This document shows, piece by piece, positions 63,741 through 64,000 of a DNA stretch of 64,000 nt. Position 1 is the first letter of the stretch. Each line of letters opens with the position of its first letter. The notes under the pieces were generated by a model, which was given only the letters and a program-made list of their open reading frames with translations, made no database searches and was not told the DNA's origin. The position numbers and the translations under genes were made by a program. The DNA comes from Squalus acanthias. Taxonomy: Eukaryota. The stretch lies in contig CM059431.1 in NCBI GenBank assembly GCA_030390025.1, forward strand, positions 111,912,001 through 111,976,000, given 5' to 3'.

Positions 63741-64000
63741 CAAGTAGTGGGGACCGTGTACTCCATGTTTACAGTCACGCAACCACTGCGTGCATGTTAT
63801 AATAAAGATTTCCAATTGTAGACCCAGAAACTTGACTACCATTTGTATGGATGCATTGCAGCTAGGTACTGAAAACTTGAATCATGTTGTTGATTTGCAG
63901 TGAGAGTGTAAAGGAAGTGTGGATTTCGTCTTATAAATCTCGAACAATTACTCCATTTGGGATTGTAGCAAAGAGAAATCATACAGACCAACAATTTAAG

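Overview
Repeat-dense vertebrate DNA, most likely from a cartilaginous fish (inferred from the SacSINE1-like Deu SINEs and HER1-like CR1 LINEs). Host genes, both on +: the last three coding exons of UCHL3 (2129-2204, 13790-13848, 17699-17782; polyA signal at 18248) and, about 23 kb downstream, the GC-box promoter and first coding exon of LMO7 (40779-40829). This is the conserved vertebrate UCHL3-LMO7 order. I found no further LMO7 exon in the window. The rest is mostly transposable elements: about 15 tRNA-derived Deu-domain SINEs, CR1, L2, RTE and Zenon-like LINE fragments, PIF/Harbinger elements (one with a Myb/SANT gene remnant), a Tc1/mariner-type MITE and Penelope-like elements, plus a 3.8-kb (CT)n/GC-box polypyrimidine array. 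The most notable signal is a set of minimal type I hammerhead ribozyme motifs in two families of Penelope-like sequence. One copy with a complete core (34564-34600, minus) sits inside a ~180-bp TSD-flanked mini-element with a perfect 44-bp inverted repeat. All family names come from motif recognition, not database searches.
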